Shown: in pieces, positions 23,132 to 38,100 of the stretch
Numbering within the stretch: the first letter of the stretch is position 1
How the letters are laid out: every line of letters begins with the position of its first letter
NCBI GenBank assembly: GCA_964016885.1
Contig: OZ024743.1
Span: forward strand, 12,524,001 to 12,588,000
Direction: 5' to 3'
From: Eledone cirrhosa
Taxonomy: Eukaryota
DNA length: 64,000 nt
Position numbers and translations under genes: made by a program
Notes under the pieces: generated by a model
Seen by the model: only the letters and a program-made list of their open reading frames with translations
What the model was told of the DNA's origin: nothing
The model's database searches: none

Positions 23132-26100
23132 AACAAATTCAAATGGGTGGCACCCCACTTAGCATCTGGTTCTGAGGCAGCATCTCAACAACAGTCGCCA
23201 CAAGAGATTATGTAAGTTTTTCTTATATTTAGTTGCTTGCAAACCTCATATTTATAGAGAGAAATAAGTGTTGTGATATTCATGCTTTTCCCAAGGCTGT
23301 TGTTTACAAGATGAGCAGCGATTTAGTGGAGATGTTAGAATATCGGATGGAATGCTTTGTTGTATTCATTCTGGCTCTCTCAGTTCAAATCCTGCCAAAA
23401 TTAACTTTGCTTTTTATCCTTTCGCGGTTAATAAAAAAAGTACCAGTCCAGTACAGGGGTTGATTCTTTCTCTGTATATTTTTCTCACTTCTCTCTCCTC
23501 TTGAAAAAATCGGCTGTATTCAGGCATGAGGAGGGGATGGGCTTTGCCAGGTTTAAAAAGTGCCCAAGACACAGTATATATTATGACGGCGCTCTTATGA
23601 TTCCATCAAGAGTTACAGGTCCTTGTATCTACCCACTACCTCAGTACTTTTCATTGTTCCTGATATGAATTGCAAAGATTTGACAATGGTGTAAGGGGGA
23701 TAACTCAGTCTGACCTGAATAATGTATCTTGGCATTGGTTTTTACCTAATGCTACTATAAACACAAACACATATGCCTGCTTATATATGTATATATTATG
23801 TGTATGCATGTATATATATATGTATGTATGTGTGTATATAGGGAAATGGCCTTGCTCAGTATGTAGGAAAGGTGTAGGTAGGAACTCCATTCTCTGCCCC
23901 AAATGCAAACAATGGGTACACAAGAGATGTAGCGGGATCTCAGGAAGCTTAATTAAGAATGTAGGATTCACATGCAGCAGCTGTGCTGAAACAGCAAGCA
24001 AACAGCCACAGGAAACAAGTACCACCAATCTCTGGGAGGGCCCTGTAGAAACAGTAGACAGCTTCTGCTACCTAGGTGACCGAATTAGCAACGGAGGTGG
24101 GTGCTCAGAAAGTACAATAACTAGGGTAAGAACGGGATGGAAGAAGTTTAGGGAACTACTACCACTGCTAGCTGCAAAAGGCTTCTCCCTCAGAATGAAA
24201 GGCAGACTGTATGATGCGTGTATCCGAACAGCGATGTTGCATGGTAGTGAGACCTGGGCGCTGAAGGTGGAAGACTTACGTAGATTAGAGAGAAACGAAG
24301 CCTGCATGCTCCGATGGATGTGTAATAGTAATATACGTGAATGGCAAAGCATAAATGAATTGAGAGAGAGACTGAGCATAAGAGGAATCAAATGCTGTGT
24401 GCAAGAGAGGTGGTTGCATTGGTATGGACATGTGATGCGTATGAAGGATGACAGCTGCATAAAAAGGTGCAGAGCACTAGAAGTTGATGGAAACCTCGGA
24501 GTGGGGAGACCCAAGATGACTTGGGATGAGGTGATAAAAGCCGACCTTACCCAACTACACCTCTCAAAGACAATGACACACGACCATGACTTCTGGCGTC
24601 ACGCAGTAATACAGGGTACCCGACCTCCCATGGGTACATGCTGAAGCATATAAACAATATGCCCCCACTCCCCCCACCGCAAGGTGGTCGTGGAGGTGCC
24701 ACGGCAAAAAAGCACCCAGCCCACACTGTAAAGTGGACGTGTAGGCGCCACGAAAAAGCACCCAGCACTCACTGTAAATGAGGTTGGTGTTAGGAAGGAC
24801 ATCCAGCTGTAGAAATCAAGCCAGATCAGTTCCTGTATGAGCAAGGCATGGTCAGCCGACCAGACACTGCCCACAACAGGACAACCCGTCTAACCCATGC
24901 TAGCGTGGAAGAACGGACGTAAAACGGTGATGATGATGATGATGATATGTATGTGTGTGTATATATGTATATATATCATCATTTTACGTCCGCTTTTCCC
25001 TGCTTGCAAGGTATGTATATATATATATATATAATCATCATCGTCGATTAAGGTATATTTTTCCATGCTATATATATATATATATATATATATGAAGTAT
25101 CTGCCGTGTTAAGACTAGAAAGACTACTAATCGAAACAGCACTTGATGCATAGTGAAATATAGAGTTGGTATATTTGACTGCGAGCTCCTGCAGTTTCTG
25201 CTTGTAACTTCGCATGCACAAGCTTCTTCAGGATTCTTGAAGACGCCTTTGCATGTGCAGTGACATGCACAAACCGCCGGAATTTGCAGACGAATATATT
25301 TTCTTAAAAAATATATTATATATACTGAGTTTGACTGAAAAGAAAGGTATTGTATATCTAGGACTAGATTTAATGATGTGAAGGGGCGTGGTTAGAGTGT
25401 TTGGCTCATGATTGTAATGTCATGAGTCATGAGTTTGATTCTCAGCAGTGTTTTGGGCAAGGCAGTTTATTTTTTGTTGCTTTAGTTCACTCAGCTGACA
25501 GAAATAAACAAATTGTACCTGTAATTCGAAAGCTCAGCCTTGTCACACATTGTAACACCTCAAATCTCTCTGAGAACTACATTAAGGGTGCATGAGTGTG
25601 AAATGCTCAGCTACGAGCACTTGTTCCATTGTTTGAATCGATTCATCTCCATCGATCAATATCCTATATATCTCTCTTTTCAAGATAGTAGGAAATTTGG
25701 CTGCTATTTCTAGTAGGTCAAACGACTACATAGCTGCTTCTTTATATCCCTATTAGAGATATCTACTGTGGAGTGTGTATTCTTGCCCAGATATTGACCT
25801 GAACTCCGTAAACGGTATATCATTAGATTAATATTGTAGAGTATATTCTTTATATATCTTGTTTGAAACCAGTTTGAATAATTTTCGTTATTTACCTATT
25901 ATTTTTGTACCATGAAAATCTGAGGCAAATAAAAAGTGGATTCTAATTAATAGTTAGTGTCCTGATATCTTGATCTGGCCATCTCTCTCAGTAATATTTA
26001 TGTTTCATGTTTTAAATGCCATCTTTCACCTACTATCTATTCCAGTTCAGTTTTGTCTCGAGAAATTACAAATTGGGAAAATAGCAAGATGTGGCCCTTA

Positions 26101-29100
26101 TCATGTGTTGGTTTTGGCAAGTCAGGACCTTCAATTCCAGGTAAATATTCTATTTTTCTACAACATAATCAATAACAAGTATTTTAAGGCCATTTTCCTT
26201 GTGAACCCTATGACAGACTTCCTACTCACTCTGGTTTATTTTTGAGGCAACATTTTACAACTGGATGTTCTTTCTAGCTGCCTGTTATGATATACAAGGA
26301 TATGGTATAGCTATTCTAAACAGTAATGTAATTTACTCAGGGTAACATTTTTTAAAACTTGATGGCAACCAAACAATAACAATGTGAGGAAGACAGAACT
26401 CTTCAGTTATGTGAAACACATGAAGACCTTTCTAATGCTCATACCACATTAAAATGCAGCCTGTACACCCTGTAACAAATTTGGTGTTAAGAAGAAACTA
26501 TGCCAAGAATGGAATGTATGAGTGAGACCTGGTCACTCAATCCATCTAGGAGTACAGTAACTCCAAATAACTACTGATTTGAACCATAATGACCTGTCCA
26601 ACCCATGATACTATAGAGAAACAAACATGTAATGATGATGATGTTTACATATGTCAGTGTATCTAATTATACTTTTATGCAACTTTAGTTAAATCTTGTA
26701 TTGTTTTTGTATAGTTATATATACAGGGTTATTCAAAAAGAATGAACTGATTTCATTACATAATATTTTAATAAGCAAAAGCAATAGAAAACTCCAGCTA
26801 AGCCACAAGTATTCTACTCACAATCAACTTTTATTTCCTGTCTTACAAGTGTTCAATGTAGCCACCACCTGCAACACAGCCAGCATCAATGCGATAAAAG
26901 AATTCCTCCCAGACACGTATCAGCATATCACGATCCACTGAGTTGATCGCTGTTGTTATTCGATGTTTAAGGTCATCAGGGTTAGTGGGTAGTGGTGGAT
27001 CATAAACGCGATCTTTTACATATCCCCACAAGAAAAAATCACACACAGTGAGGTCTGGGGATCTCGCAGGCCAAGCACAAAGAACGCCTTTTGCTGAGGA
27101 CTCGCCATTCTGAGGGTAAACAAACAACTGAACGTTGCCGGAGAAACGACGCGACTACAGAAAACTCTTCTTTCAAATGGTCACTGACTCATTCCATGAT
27201 GATGCTTGAGAACTGAAGCAATGCGTCATGAAATCGGTTCACTCTTTTTGAATAACCCTGTATATATTCAGATATTTGTACATTTCAACTGCCTAGTGTA
27301 CAATTAAATATCTAACTGAATAAGCTACTACATATGACCATATTTGGCGAGCTTATAAAGTCAGTGACTGGAACTCCATCTATGAAACTCAAATCATCAT
27401 CATTGTTTTTACATTCAGATATCCTTCTCGATGCCAACATCTTTAGTCAGTACTTATGATATGAAGGGATACAATTGTACCTACTCTAAACTTGAAACAT
27501 GAACATTCAATCTGCAGAGAAATGTTTACATATGTGAATGTATTCATTTTCACAATTAAGCAACCAGTTAAATCTTATACTGTTTCTGTGAATATAATAG
27601 TGCATGTGTATTTTAATGCCTAATCTGACTCTAACAAACTACATTTGTATTAATAGATTTATATATTTGCATTCCTTTTTATTTTGATTAGGTATGGCTG
27701 ACATGTCCCCTGATGAGTTACGGTTTGAAGCTTATAATTCATTGACAAGTGAACAATACCAAAATTATGTAAGTTAAAAGGTTTTGTGTAAATGTGGTTT
27801 TCTGTTATATTTAATGTCATTATTATGTATTTAATGTCATTACAATGTGAGTTCAAATCCCGCCGAGGTTGACTTTGCCTTTCATCCTTACGGGGTCGAT
27901 AAAATAAAGTACCAGTAATGCACTGGGTAATTGCTGGCCTTGTGCCAAAAGTAGAAACAATTATTATGTATATAAATAGGGTGCTAGGTTGGTAGAGCAT
28001 TGGGCACCATGCTTAGCATAGTTACTACTCTTTACGTTCTGAGTTCAAATCCTGCCGAAGTTAGCTTTGCCTTTCATCCTTATGGGGTCGATAAATAACA
28101 CACTTAGGTCAATTTAATCCATTTTCCCTTCACCAAAATTGCTGGCAATTATTATGTATATGAATGCACATGTATATTTGTGTATTTGTGCTACGTGTAG
28201 GTAACACAGTAAAAACCTCCCAGTCCACACTGTAAACGTGGTTGGTGTTAGGAAGGGCATCCAGCCGTAGAAAACCTGCCAGACAGTCCTATACGAGCAG
28301 GACAACCAATCTTGCCTCAAGTGGGAAAACTCCCGTCCAAACCCATGCAAGCATGGAAGATGGGCGTTAAACGATGATGATGATGATGATGATATATTAA
28401 GATTATGGCCAGACAGAAGGTGATAAGGTTGTGGAATAATTTAGTAAATAGTCAGGCTAAGACTATGAAAGACAGTGAAGAGCAAGGTATGATAGTTAAC
28501 TAGCTAGAAATAATGTTAGATTCCCTAATATACTTGGTAATGGGAGAAGCGGAAAGTAAGAGGTTGATCAATGTTCTGTTACTTGAGGATTTGGGGTGTG
28601 ACGTGTTCTGGATTGCTAAGTAGTATGTCTATATGAATTACGACATTGTTGGTGAGAATTGTGTGTGTAATGATAGTGGTTTACTTTCCTTCACTAACAC
28701 CAAGAACAAAGGAGCATGGAAATGCTACTATGAGAAGTTGTTGAATGAGGTGAATGTGTGAAAGAAAGAGGGAATACCACAAGTAGATCCAACACAGAGA
28801 CCAGCCTACAAAATTGACAGCTGTACAGTTGAGATATCTATTCAGGATGAAAGCAAGGAAAGCAGTTGGACCATCAAGGATAATTTCAGAAATGCTGAAA
28901 ATATCCAGTGAAATAGCAACCACATAGTCAATGAGGTAGTACAGGATGGAGTTATTCTCCATGATACAGTAGTATCATCAAGAGTGACAAGGATAAAAAG
29001 AGATATGCTTGGGAGAAGCAACTTCAGTGGCATCAAATTTATGGACCAAATTAGGAAAGTAACAAAGAGTTGTAACATAACTAATTAGGAAGAATTTTAA

Positions 29101-32100
29101 CTTAGAGATTCAGTTCAGGTTTGTACCAGGACAGGTTACCAATGATGCCCTCCTTTTAGTGAGACAACTATGGGAGAAGTTTTCACTATACTTAGCATTT
29201 ATTGATCTGGTGAAGGCCTTTGACAAGGTACTATGCTTTATATTCTGATGATCACTAAAAAACTAGGTGTAGATGAATGTTGTGAGAGATGTGCAGGCCA
29301 TGTACAGAGATGCTGTCAAGGCAAAAATATCAATGAGTTCAGCAAAGGATTTAGAATATAGATAGTTGTTTATCAGAGCTGAGTTCACAAATTCCTCTTG
29401 TGTATTATATTCTCTAGGTCATAACAGAGGAATTTAAGCCCAGCTGTCTGTAGGAGCTTCTATATGCCGATAACTTAGTTCTTATAGCTGAAGTCATGAA
29501 AGAGTTAGAAAAATTCCAATATGGAATCAAAACTTAGAATCAAGAGATATTAAAGTAAATGAAGCAAAGACAAAAGTTTTAGTGAGCAGAAAAGAAAACT
29601 GGACTCTGTCATTTGATATGCAGAAAATGACTGGGTAGGAATTTAATCTAGGATACCCAGTGTAAACTGTGGGTGCACAAGCTTTACCTCTGGCCGTCAC
29701 CTTCATCTTACCAATATTCACCTTCATACTTTTTGCCTTTATACATTCTTTCCATATATTCATCTTCTTCTTTGGTCTATACATATTGTCTTCTATTAAC
29801 ACCCATGGTAAACCCTCATGTACTCTTTGGGCCAGTACCTCCATTGCAACTACAGATTGTAGTGGACTTATTGCTGACCCCTGATGCAATCTATCTATTA
29901 CTTCAAACTCATCTTTGTTGCTGTCCATCGCCCATGTATGCTTGTGTGTATATATTTATATATATAAAGCTACTAATTCACTCCTTTGCTCATCAGAGTT
30001 TTTTTTATTCAATACAATACTTCATATGAAAACAAAAATGTAATTTTGTTATTGCCCTAAGGATTATATTATGTGAGGAACTTTGATTAGCAAAGGAAGG
30101 AATCACCAACTTCATAGAAATAGATATACTCTATAACATGTATTGAGTACTTGTTCTTTAGTTTGTATGAATGTTTTTTTTAATATTTTAATATTCAATA
30201 TTAAACAGTATGTATATATAAAGAAAACTTTAAATGTGAAAATGAACTATTTCATAAAAATTGAACAGCGCACTGAAAATTGGACCCTGCTAGCTGCGAA
30301 AATGGACATTAAATGATGAAGATGGTGCACTTCTGGTCCACCAGTTAACTATCCAACTAACGTTCACCCTTGTATTAAATATACAACAGTTTACATCCTA
30401 AGCAAATATTTGTCTCTTTTCAGTTTTATGTGCATTAAATACAATTTGCTTAATAATAAGTATTTAGTAAGTTGCATTGACCAGGATTAACTAATATATC
30501 ACCCCCTATTCACATTAACTAGATTTTGAAGGTGCAACAGATGCACAATGACTATAGTGCAAAACGGCAGGAATTGAAGAACCCATCAGCTCAACTCAAA
30601 GATAAACTGGTAAGTTGTCAATTTTGGGACTTATACTTAATATGGACATGTTTTGATTTTATAAAATTGTTGCTGTTTTTATTGGCGATGTATTATTATT
30701 ATTAATAATATGGGCGGTGGATTGGTAATATTGGTAGAGGGTCGGATGCCATGCTTTGCAGCAAAGTGTTACGGCCCTTTATGGTCTGAGCTCAAATCCC
30801 GCCGAGGTTAACTTTGCCTTTCATCCTTACGGGGTCGATAAAATAAAGTACCAGTAATACGTTGGGATAATTGCTGGCCTTGTGCCAAAAGTAGAAACCA
30901 TTTTTATTAATATGGGCATTGGATTCGCAGTGTTGGTAGAGCGTCGGACACCATGCTTTGCAACATAGAGTTACGGCCCTTGACGGTCTGAGTTCAAACC
31001 CTGCCATTGTTAGCTTTGCCTTTCATCCTTACAAGGTCTATAAAATAAAGTACCAGTAATGCACTGGAGTTGATTTAATCGACTTCCGCTCCCCCAAAAT
31101 TGCTGACCTTGTGCCTATAGTAGAAATCATTATTAACATGGTTGGGTATATCGACAGAATCGTTAGTGTTGGACGAAATGCTTTGCAGTATTTCTTCCAG
31201 CTCTTTATATTTTGAGTTCAAATCCTGTTACAGTTAACTTTGCTTTTCATCCCTCTAAGGTTAATAGAATAAAGTGTCAGTCAAGTACTGGGTAAAAGAG
31301 TAGGGAGGAAGTCAATATAATGCTCCTCTCTACTAAAAAGTGGTTTGCCTTGTGTCTAAATTAGAAACAATTATTATTTATAACTAGCCATATTGCAAAC
31401 CAATTTTATCTTTTTCACAATCCCTGAAGAGCATCATAACTAATGGTCAAGAGTTCTTTGGAAATCTTTCATCAGCACAATTTTTGAGTATCTTCCTTGG
31501 TATTCCTGTGGTTTTCTGTAATAGCTCCTTTCAAATTTTGATCCCAATCTTCTCTAACTATAATTTCATTTTCTTTGTGATTATATCAAGAGTGCTCACA
31601 ACAACTGGCACAATTTCAATTTTTTTTTCATACTTGCAGTTTCTCTTTTCAGATGTTGACATTTTTTGATCTTTTATTGTTCTTTCTCATACATTCTGTT
31701 TTCGTCCAGAGATGCTAGATCTATTATTGTGTAGTGGCTTTTTTTTCATGATAATAATGTTTAACCTTCTAGTCTTAATCATTTGAGCAAATTAGATATA
31801 CTGAGTGCATTTTATTGTGGTTCTAGCACTAAAGAGCTTGTCATGCCTTCAACCTGATTAAAGAGTCTTCTTGTTTGTATGCTGTTTCGTCTCATTCATG
31901 AACCATTTTACAAAGCTTACTAGATGTATTTTATCAGGACACTGGCACTAATATGGTTTCCACGTGCCCCATAAAGTTAAAGAATGCTCACTACATACAT
32001 TCAAGGCTGTGTGGCTAAGAGGGTGAATAAAAGCATTTAAAGAAAATTAATGTAACGGTGAAATGTTCTAGTAACTAAGGTTTTGTACTACCAACTCATA

Positions 32101-35100
32101 GATTCTGTCCCAGAACTCTTCATTCTGTGTTTCTGTTCCTTAGACTCTTGGGAGTATTAAACAAATCATGTGGGAAGGTTACCTGTGACAGGTAGGTAAC
32201 CTATTCAATGGGAGAGTTATCACTGGATTTCAGAGTATTCATGATGGGATATTTTTTTGAGAAGAGGAAGGGTAGCACCCTTGAAGTGGGAGAAAGGGAG
32301 GACATTATATTCAAATTGGAGACCTTGTTCAAATTCTTGAAGCGGGGTGGACTTTATTAAAGGCACAAAATGGTCAAGTGATGGTGTTAAATCAGGTGAA
32401 GGCTTCTTCCACAGTTTCTGCCAATCAAACTCCATTCACAAGGCTTTGGTTAATCTGATACCATGATAAAAGATATGCCCATGGTTCCATACAGTAGGAT
32501 TGAACCTAAAGCCATTTAGTTTTCAAACTTCATAACCACATATACATGTTTGTGATCAGAGAGAAAGAGAGACTAAAAGAGCAGGTGTAGTCCTCACTAC
32601 ACCAGAAATACACAGAGCCACACAAAGTAAAAGAATGTGACACTTCTCTAATCAACCAAATTTATTTCAGTGAAGGCATCAGCTTATTCTAGTTGATAAA
32701 ATCTTTTAATTTTTGATCTTGTGTGTTCTCATCAGTTTTGGTGTAGCCAGGACCAAATCCAAGTAATAACAAACAGCAAAAGACCTCTATCAAATATACA
32801 TTCTTACTTAAATATTGTTATAATAAAATTGAAATTACATTTTTTACAGATTCAGTTTATAGAATCAAACAGAAGACAATCCTTAGCTACTGCCAACAGG
32901 TAAGTTATTTATTTTCTATATGTTATTCTAATTTTAACTTGAAATATGATGCACCACTCTTCTTGACCATGTCTGGAAAATAGGTTGCTAATCAGCACTT
33001 CACTCTCACATATTACATAGATGTGAATCTATCTATCTACATATATAACCAAAGTTTATATGGTTTGTTGATTATTCAACAAATACAATTTTACAATAGA
33101 TTAGAATCACTCGACAGAAATTTTTCTGGAGTATTTAATATTATTCAAAATATTAATAAATGAAAAATATTCTCATAACCAAAATATATATTTTATTATA
33201 CATATTTCAAAGGTACAATGGTGTTTAAGTACGTTTTCATCAGATAATATATATATATACATATACATATCATCATCGTTTAACATCATTTATGTATATC
33301 ATCATCATTTAACATCATTTATGTATATCATCATCATTTAACGTCATTTATGTATATCATCATCATTTAATGTCCACTTTTCCTGCTAGCAAGGGTTTGG
33401 ACAGTTCTACTTAGCCCAACTCAGTACTGAAATAGGGCTACTGACCTCCCAAATAGGGTGTGGTGCCTTTATCCTGCTTATGTATGGCCATATTAAATGC
33501 AGAAGAGAAGTGTGTTTTGACTCAAACTGAATGGTCCTCCTAACCCCTTGTTTGGCAAGCTTTCTATAACTTGATGCCTTTCTTAACACCAACCACTTTA
33601 CTGTGTGTTGAGTAGTGCTGTATTTATCACTTCACTAGCTTCCACAACACATTTATTTTTACCCTCATTTTCTCTACCATGCTGCCTCTCTATGAAGTCA
33701 TCTACTCTCCTCCTCTCTCTTACACTATTATTAGTGTTGTTTTATTTATCAGTTCGCTATCTCTTCAAAGTCATCTACTCCTATCGGTTTATTTTGCCAT
33801 GAGATGCTACAGGCCATGATGGCTACCTTCCTCACAATTTCCCTCCCACCACCATAGCCTATTCGACCAATCAAACCTCAGCATGTCCCCCTCACCCATT
33901 ACCAACCCCAACAAACCCTGCCATTTCTACTACTACCTACCTCTCTCCTCACCCGTCCCAGCCCCAACATACCCTGCCATTATTACCACCACCACTGTTC
34001 TTCTAGCCCTGAATTTTCCTACCGTTATTTATGGATGAGCTGAGAATAAATGGAGTAACCCTGAATTAATAAATGAAAATGAATATGAATCTGCAAGCTA
34101 CCAAGCACCCATGTGAAGCTTCAATTCAGTGACAGGAGGCACACGCGCACCCCTGCAAAAATCGACCCTTCCCCACAAATGTTGACAAATGCCCAAAACT
34201 CTGAGTTGGTACCATCAATGTCAGCACAATGAAAGGAAATTGATGTATGCTGTGTGCAAGAGACTAGATGGAGAGGAGAGTCTGCTAGAGTCCTTGTAGG
34301 AAAATGTCAGTGCTACAAATTTTTCTGGGTGGGAAATGACGATGGGATGGGTGGTGTAGGTATTCTACTAGCTGACAAGTGGGTAGATAAAGTAATCTCA
34401 GTGAACAGGTTAAATGCAAGAATCATTAAACTCAGACTAGTCCTGAATAAAACAATTACCACAATAATATCAGCTTACGCACCCCAATCGGGGTTGCTAG
34501 ACGAACTTAAGGATAGGTTTTACGAGTCCCTAATGCACACTACTGCACTAACAAACGACAATGACTTCCTAATCATTGCAGGAGATTTTAACAGACACGT
34601 AGGTTAACACTGATGGCTTCAATAGAGTACATGGAGGCCATGGGGTTGGCACAAGAAATGAAGAAGGATTCAGGCTTCTAGAATTCTGCGACGCCAATGA
34701 CATGTCAATATGCAACACAAACTTCAAAAAACCCGACAACCACCTGATCACTTATAGATCAGGGGAGCATTCTAGTCAGATAGATTTTATCCTCATGACA
34801 GGACGTGACAGATGGAGGGTCGTAAACACAAAAGCCTTCCCTAGTGAGGAATGTACCTCCCAACATAGCTTAGTTGTCAGCTACCTCACGGTCAGAACTA
34901 GATGAACCTGGAAACAGAGGCCAACCTGGAGAAGAAAGATTTGGAAGCTGAAAGACCCTCAGCCACTAACAGATTTAAGATATTTTACTCAACGTCTACG
35001 ACAGTAAAGAAGAACAGATAAAGACATTCAATGTAGAAGAGCACTGGGAGTTCCTAAAAAATAACTTACTAGAGGCGACAGATGAGATCTGTGGCTGGAG

Positions 35101-38100
35101 TAAGACCACAGGCAGGAGGAGAGTGACCTGGTGGTGGAACAATAAGGTAGATGAGGCAGTTAAGGCCAAGAGACAGGTATGGAAAGAATGGAAGAACAGG
35201 GGAAGCAGGGTACATTACATAGAGACCAGGAGGGAAGCTAGGCGACAAGTATACTTAGTTAGGAGGGAAGCAGAGGATAGAAAATTCAAGCATGTTTTGG
35301 AATGTGAGGACCAGAAACAGGAGGTGTTCAAAATTGCGAGGCAGTGTGTCAGAGAATTGTGATGTCATTGGAGAGAAGTGTATCCGGAATGATAAAGGTG
35401 AGCTGAGAAGAAAGATGCATGGAAGAGCCATTATGATAGATTACTAAATGAGGAGAATGCATGGGAAAAAGAGACCCTACCCCAAGTAGACCCTATAGAG
35501 GGGCCAGCAGTACAAGTCAGCAGCAGCGTAGTAAGTAAGGCAATCAAAGATATGAAGATGGGGAAGGCAACCGGTCCATTGGGTATAGCTGCCGAGATGC
35601 TGAAGGCATCTGGGTCTGTAGGTCACACTATAACCACATGTATTGTTAACCAGGTAATACTAGAAGGTGTCATGCCAAAAGATTGGTGCAGTAGCATCAT
35701 TGTCAACTGCTACAAAGGTAAAGGTGATGCACTAGATAGAGGAAACTATAGAGGTATAAAGCTGATGGACCAGGTCATGAAAGTAACAGAAAGAGTTATA
35801 GAACAGTTGATTAGGGACCGGGTGAAACTAGGTGAGAGACAGTTACAGGAAAAGTACCTAGCTAAAAGTAAGCCACTCTACCTGGCATTCATCGATCTCG
35901 AGAAAGCCTTTGACAGAGTTCCACGTGCTATAATCTGGTGGGCTCTTAGAAAACTAGGAGTAGATGAATGGCTTGTGAAAGCTGTACAAGCCATGTATAG
36001 AGGAGCAGTCAGCAAAGTTAGTATTAACAATGAGTATAGCGAGGGATTTAGCGTACAGGGCAGTGTCCACCAGGGCTCTGTTCTTAGCCCTCTCCTGGAC
36101 ATCATAGTCCTGCAGGCAATAACGGAGGAGTTTAAGACCGGATGCCCGTGGGAACTCCTGTATGCAGATGACCTTGCACTTATAGCTGAATCTATGGTAG
36201 AACAAGAGAAGAAATTCCAAACTTGGAAGCAGGGACTAGAAAGAAAGGGTCTCAAAGTTAACCTGACAAAGACTAAGGTCTTTGTAAGTAGATGAGAAAA
36301 CAGAACCCAGATCCCCTCAGGGAAATGGCCTTGCTCAGTATGTAGGAAAGGTGTAGGTAGGAACTCCATTCTCTGCCCCAAATGCAAACAATGGGTACAC
36401 AAGAGATGTAGTGGGATCTCAGGAAGCTTAATTAAGAATGTAGGCTTCACATGTAGCAGCTGTGCTGGGGCAGCAAACAGCCACAGGAAACAAGTACCAC
36501 CAATCTCTGGGAGGGCTTTGTAGAAACAGTAGACAGCTTCTGCTACCTAGGTGACCGAATTAGCAGCGGAGGTAGGTGTTCAGAAAGTACAATAACTAGG
36601 GTAAGAACGGGATGGAAGAAGTTCAGGGAACTACTGCCACTGCTAGCTGCAAAAGGCTTTCCCTCAAAATGAAAGGCAGACTGTATGATGCGTGTATACG
36701 AACAGCAATGTTGCATGGTAGTGAGACCTGGGCGCTGTCTGTGGAAGACTTGCGTAGATTAGAAAGAAACGAAGCCTGCATGCTCCGATGGATGTGTAAT
36801 AGTAATATACGTGAATGGCAAAGCATAAATGAATTGAGAGAGAGACTGAGCATAAGAGGAATCAAATGCTGTGTGCAAGAGAGGTGGTTGCATTGGTATG
36901 GACATGTGATGCGTATGAAGGATGACAGCTGCATAAAAAGGTGCAGAGCACTAGAAGTCAATGGAAACCGCGGAGTGCGGAGACCCAAGAAGACCTGGGA
37001 TGAGGTGATAAAAGCTGACCTTACCCAATTACACATCTCAAAGGCGATGACACACGACCGTGACCTCTGGCGTCACGCAGTAATACAGGGTACTCGACCT
37101 CCCATGGGTACAAGCCGAAGCTGAAGCATATAGACAATATGCCTCCACACCCTCCCACTGCAAAGTGGTCGTGGAGGTGCCATGGCAAAAAAGCACCCAG
37201 CCCACACTGTAAAGTGGACGTGTAGGCGCCATGGAAAAAAGCACCCAGCACTCACTGTAAAGTGGACGTGTAGGCGCCATGGAAAAAAGCACCCAGCCCA
37301 CACTGTAAAGTGGACGTGTAGGCGCCATGGAAAAAAGCACCCAGCCCACACTGTAAAGTGGACGTGTAGGCGCCATGGAAAAAAGCACCCAGCCCACACT
37401 GTAAAGTGGACGTGTAGGCGCCATGGAAAAAAGCACCCAGCACTCACTGTAAAGGAGGTTGGTGTTAGGAAGGGCATCCAGCTGTAGAAATCAAGCCAAA
37501 ATCAGTTCCTGTATGAGCATGGCATGGTCAGCCGACCAGACACTGCCCACAACAGGACAACCCGTCTAACCGATGTTAGCATGGAAGAACGGACGTAAAA
37601 CGGTGATGGTGATCACCAGCACTAGGAATGCTGTTATATCCTTGACACAACCAATGGGTCCTCCCAAATACATACAGATACACACGCATACATATTTTAC
37701 AGTCAGTTCCAATCCTTTATTCTTTGCTTCATGTTATGTAAACTAAGAACTATTTTTTTTTTTGTTTATCAGTCCTTCAAGTCCAACCCAATCATCAGGT
37801 AAGCAATAATATATTTGCTTCATGATATTTTTTTCCCTAATAGATATTGAAATATTTTGGTGGTCGTATTTGTTATTTTCCCTCTAACTGTGCGATTGAC
37901 AAACATAATGACTAACAAAATATTTTAGTATATACTGTATTTACAGTGGTATAACATGTATCCTTGCATAAGATAATTTTCTATTTTATAACAGTATTTT
38001 GGTATGTTTCGTCATGTATTGAAATATATTTCAACGTGGTTTTGTATGGTGAAATGTATGATTTTATGCATGGAAATAGAAGGTTGTCAGCACACTTGAA

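Noticed and set aside
23670-23840. N-terminus of the 324-aa ORF as a gene
   Set aside because: Read-through from intron and microsatellite sequence into a truncated RTE fragment
37181-37453. CRISPR-like array
   Set aside because: Contiguous 48-bp tandem units with no unique spacers, inside a LINE 3' UTR, in eukaryotic DNA with no cas genes
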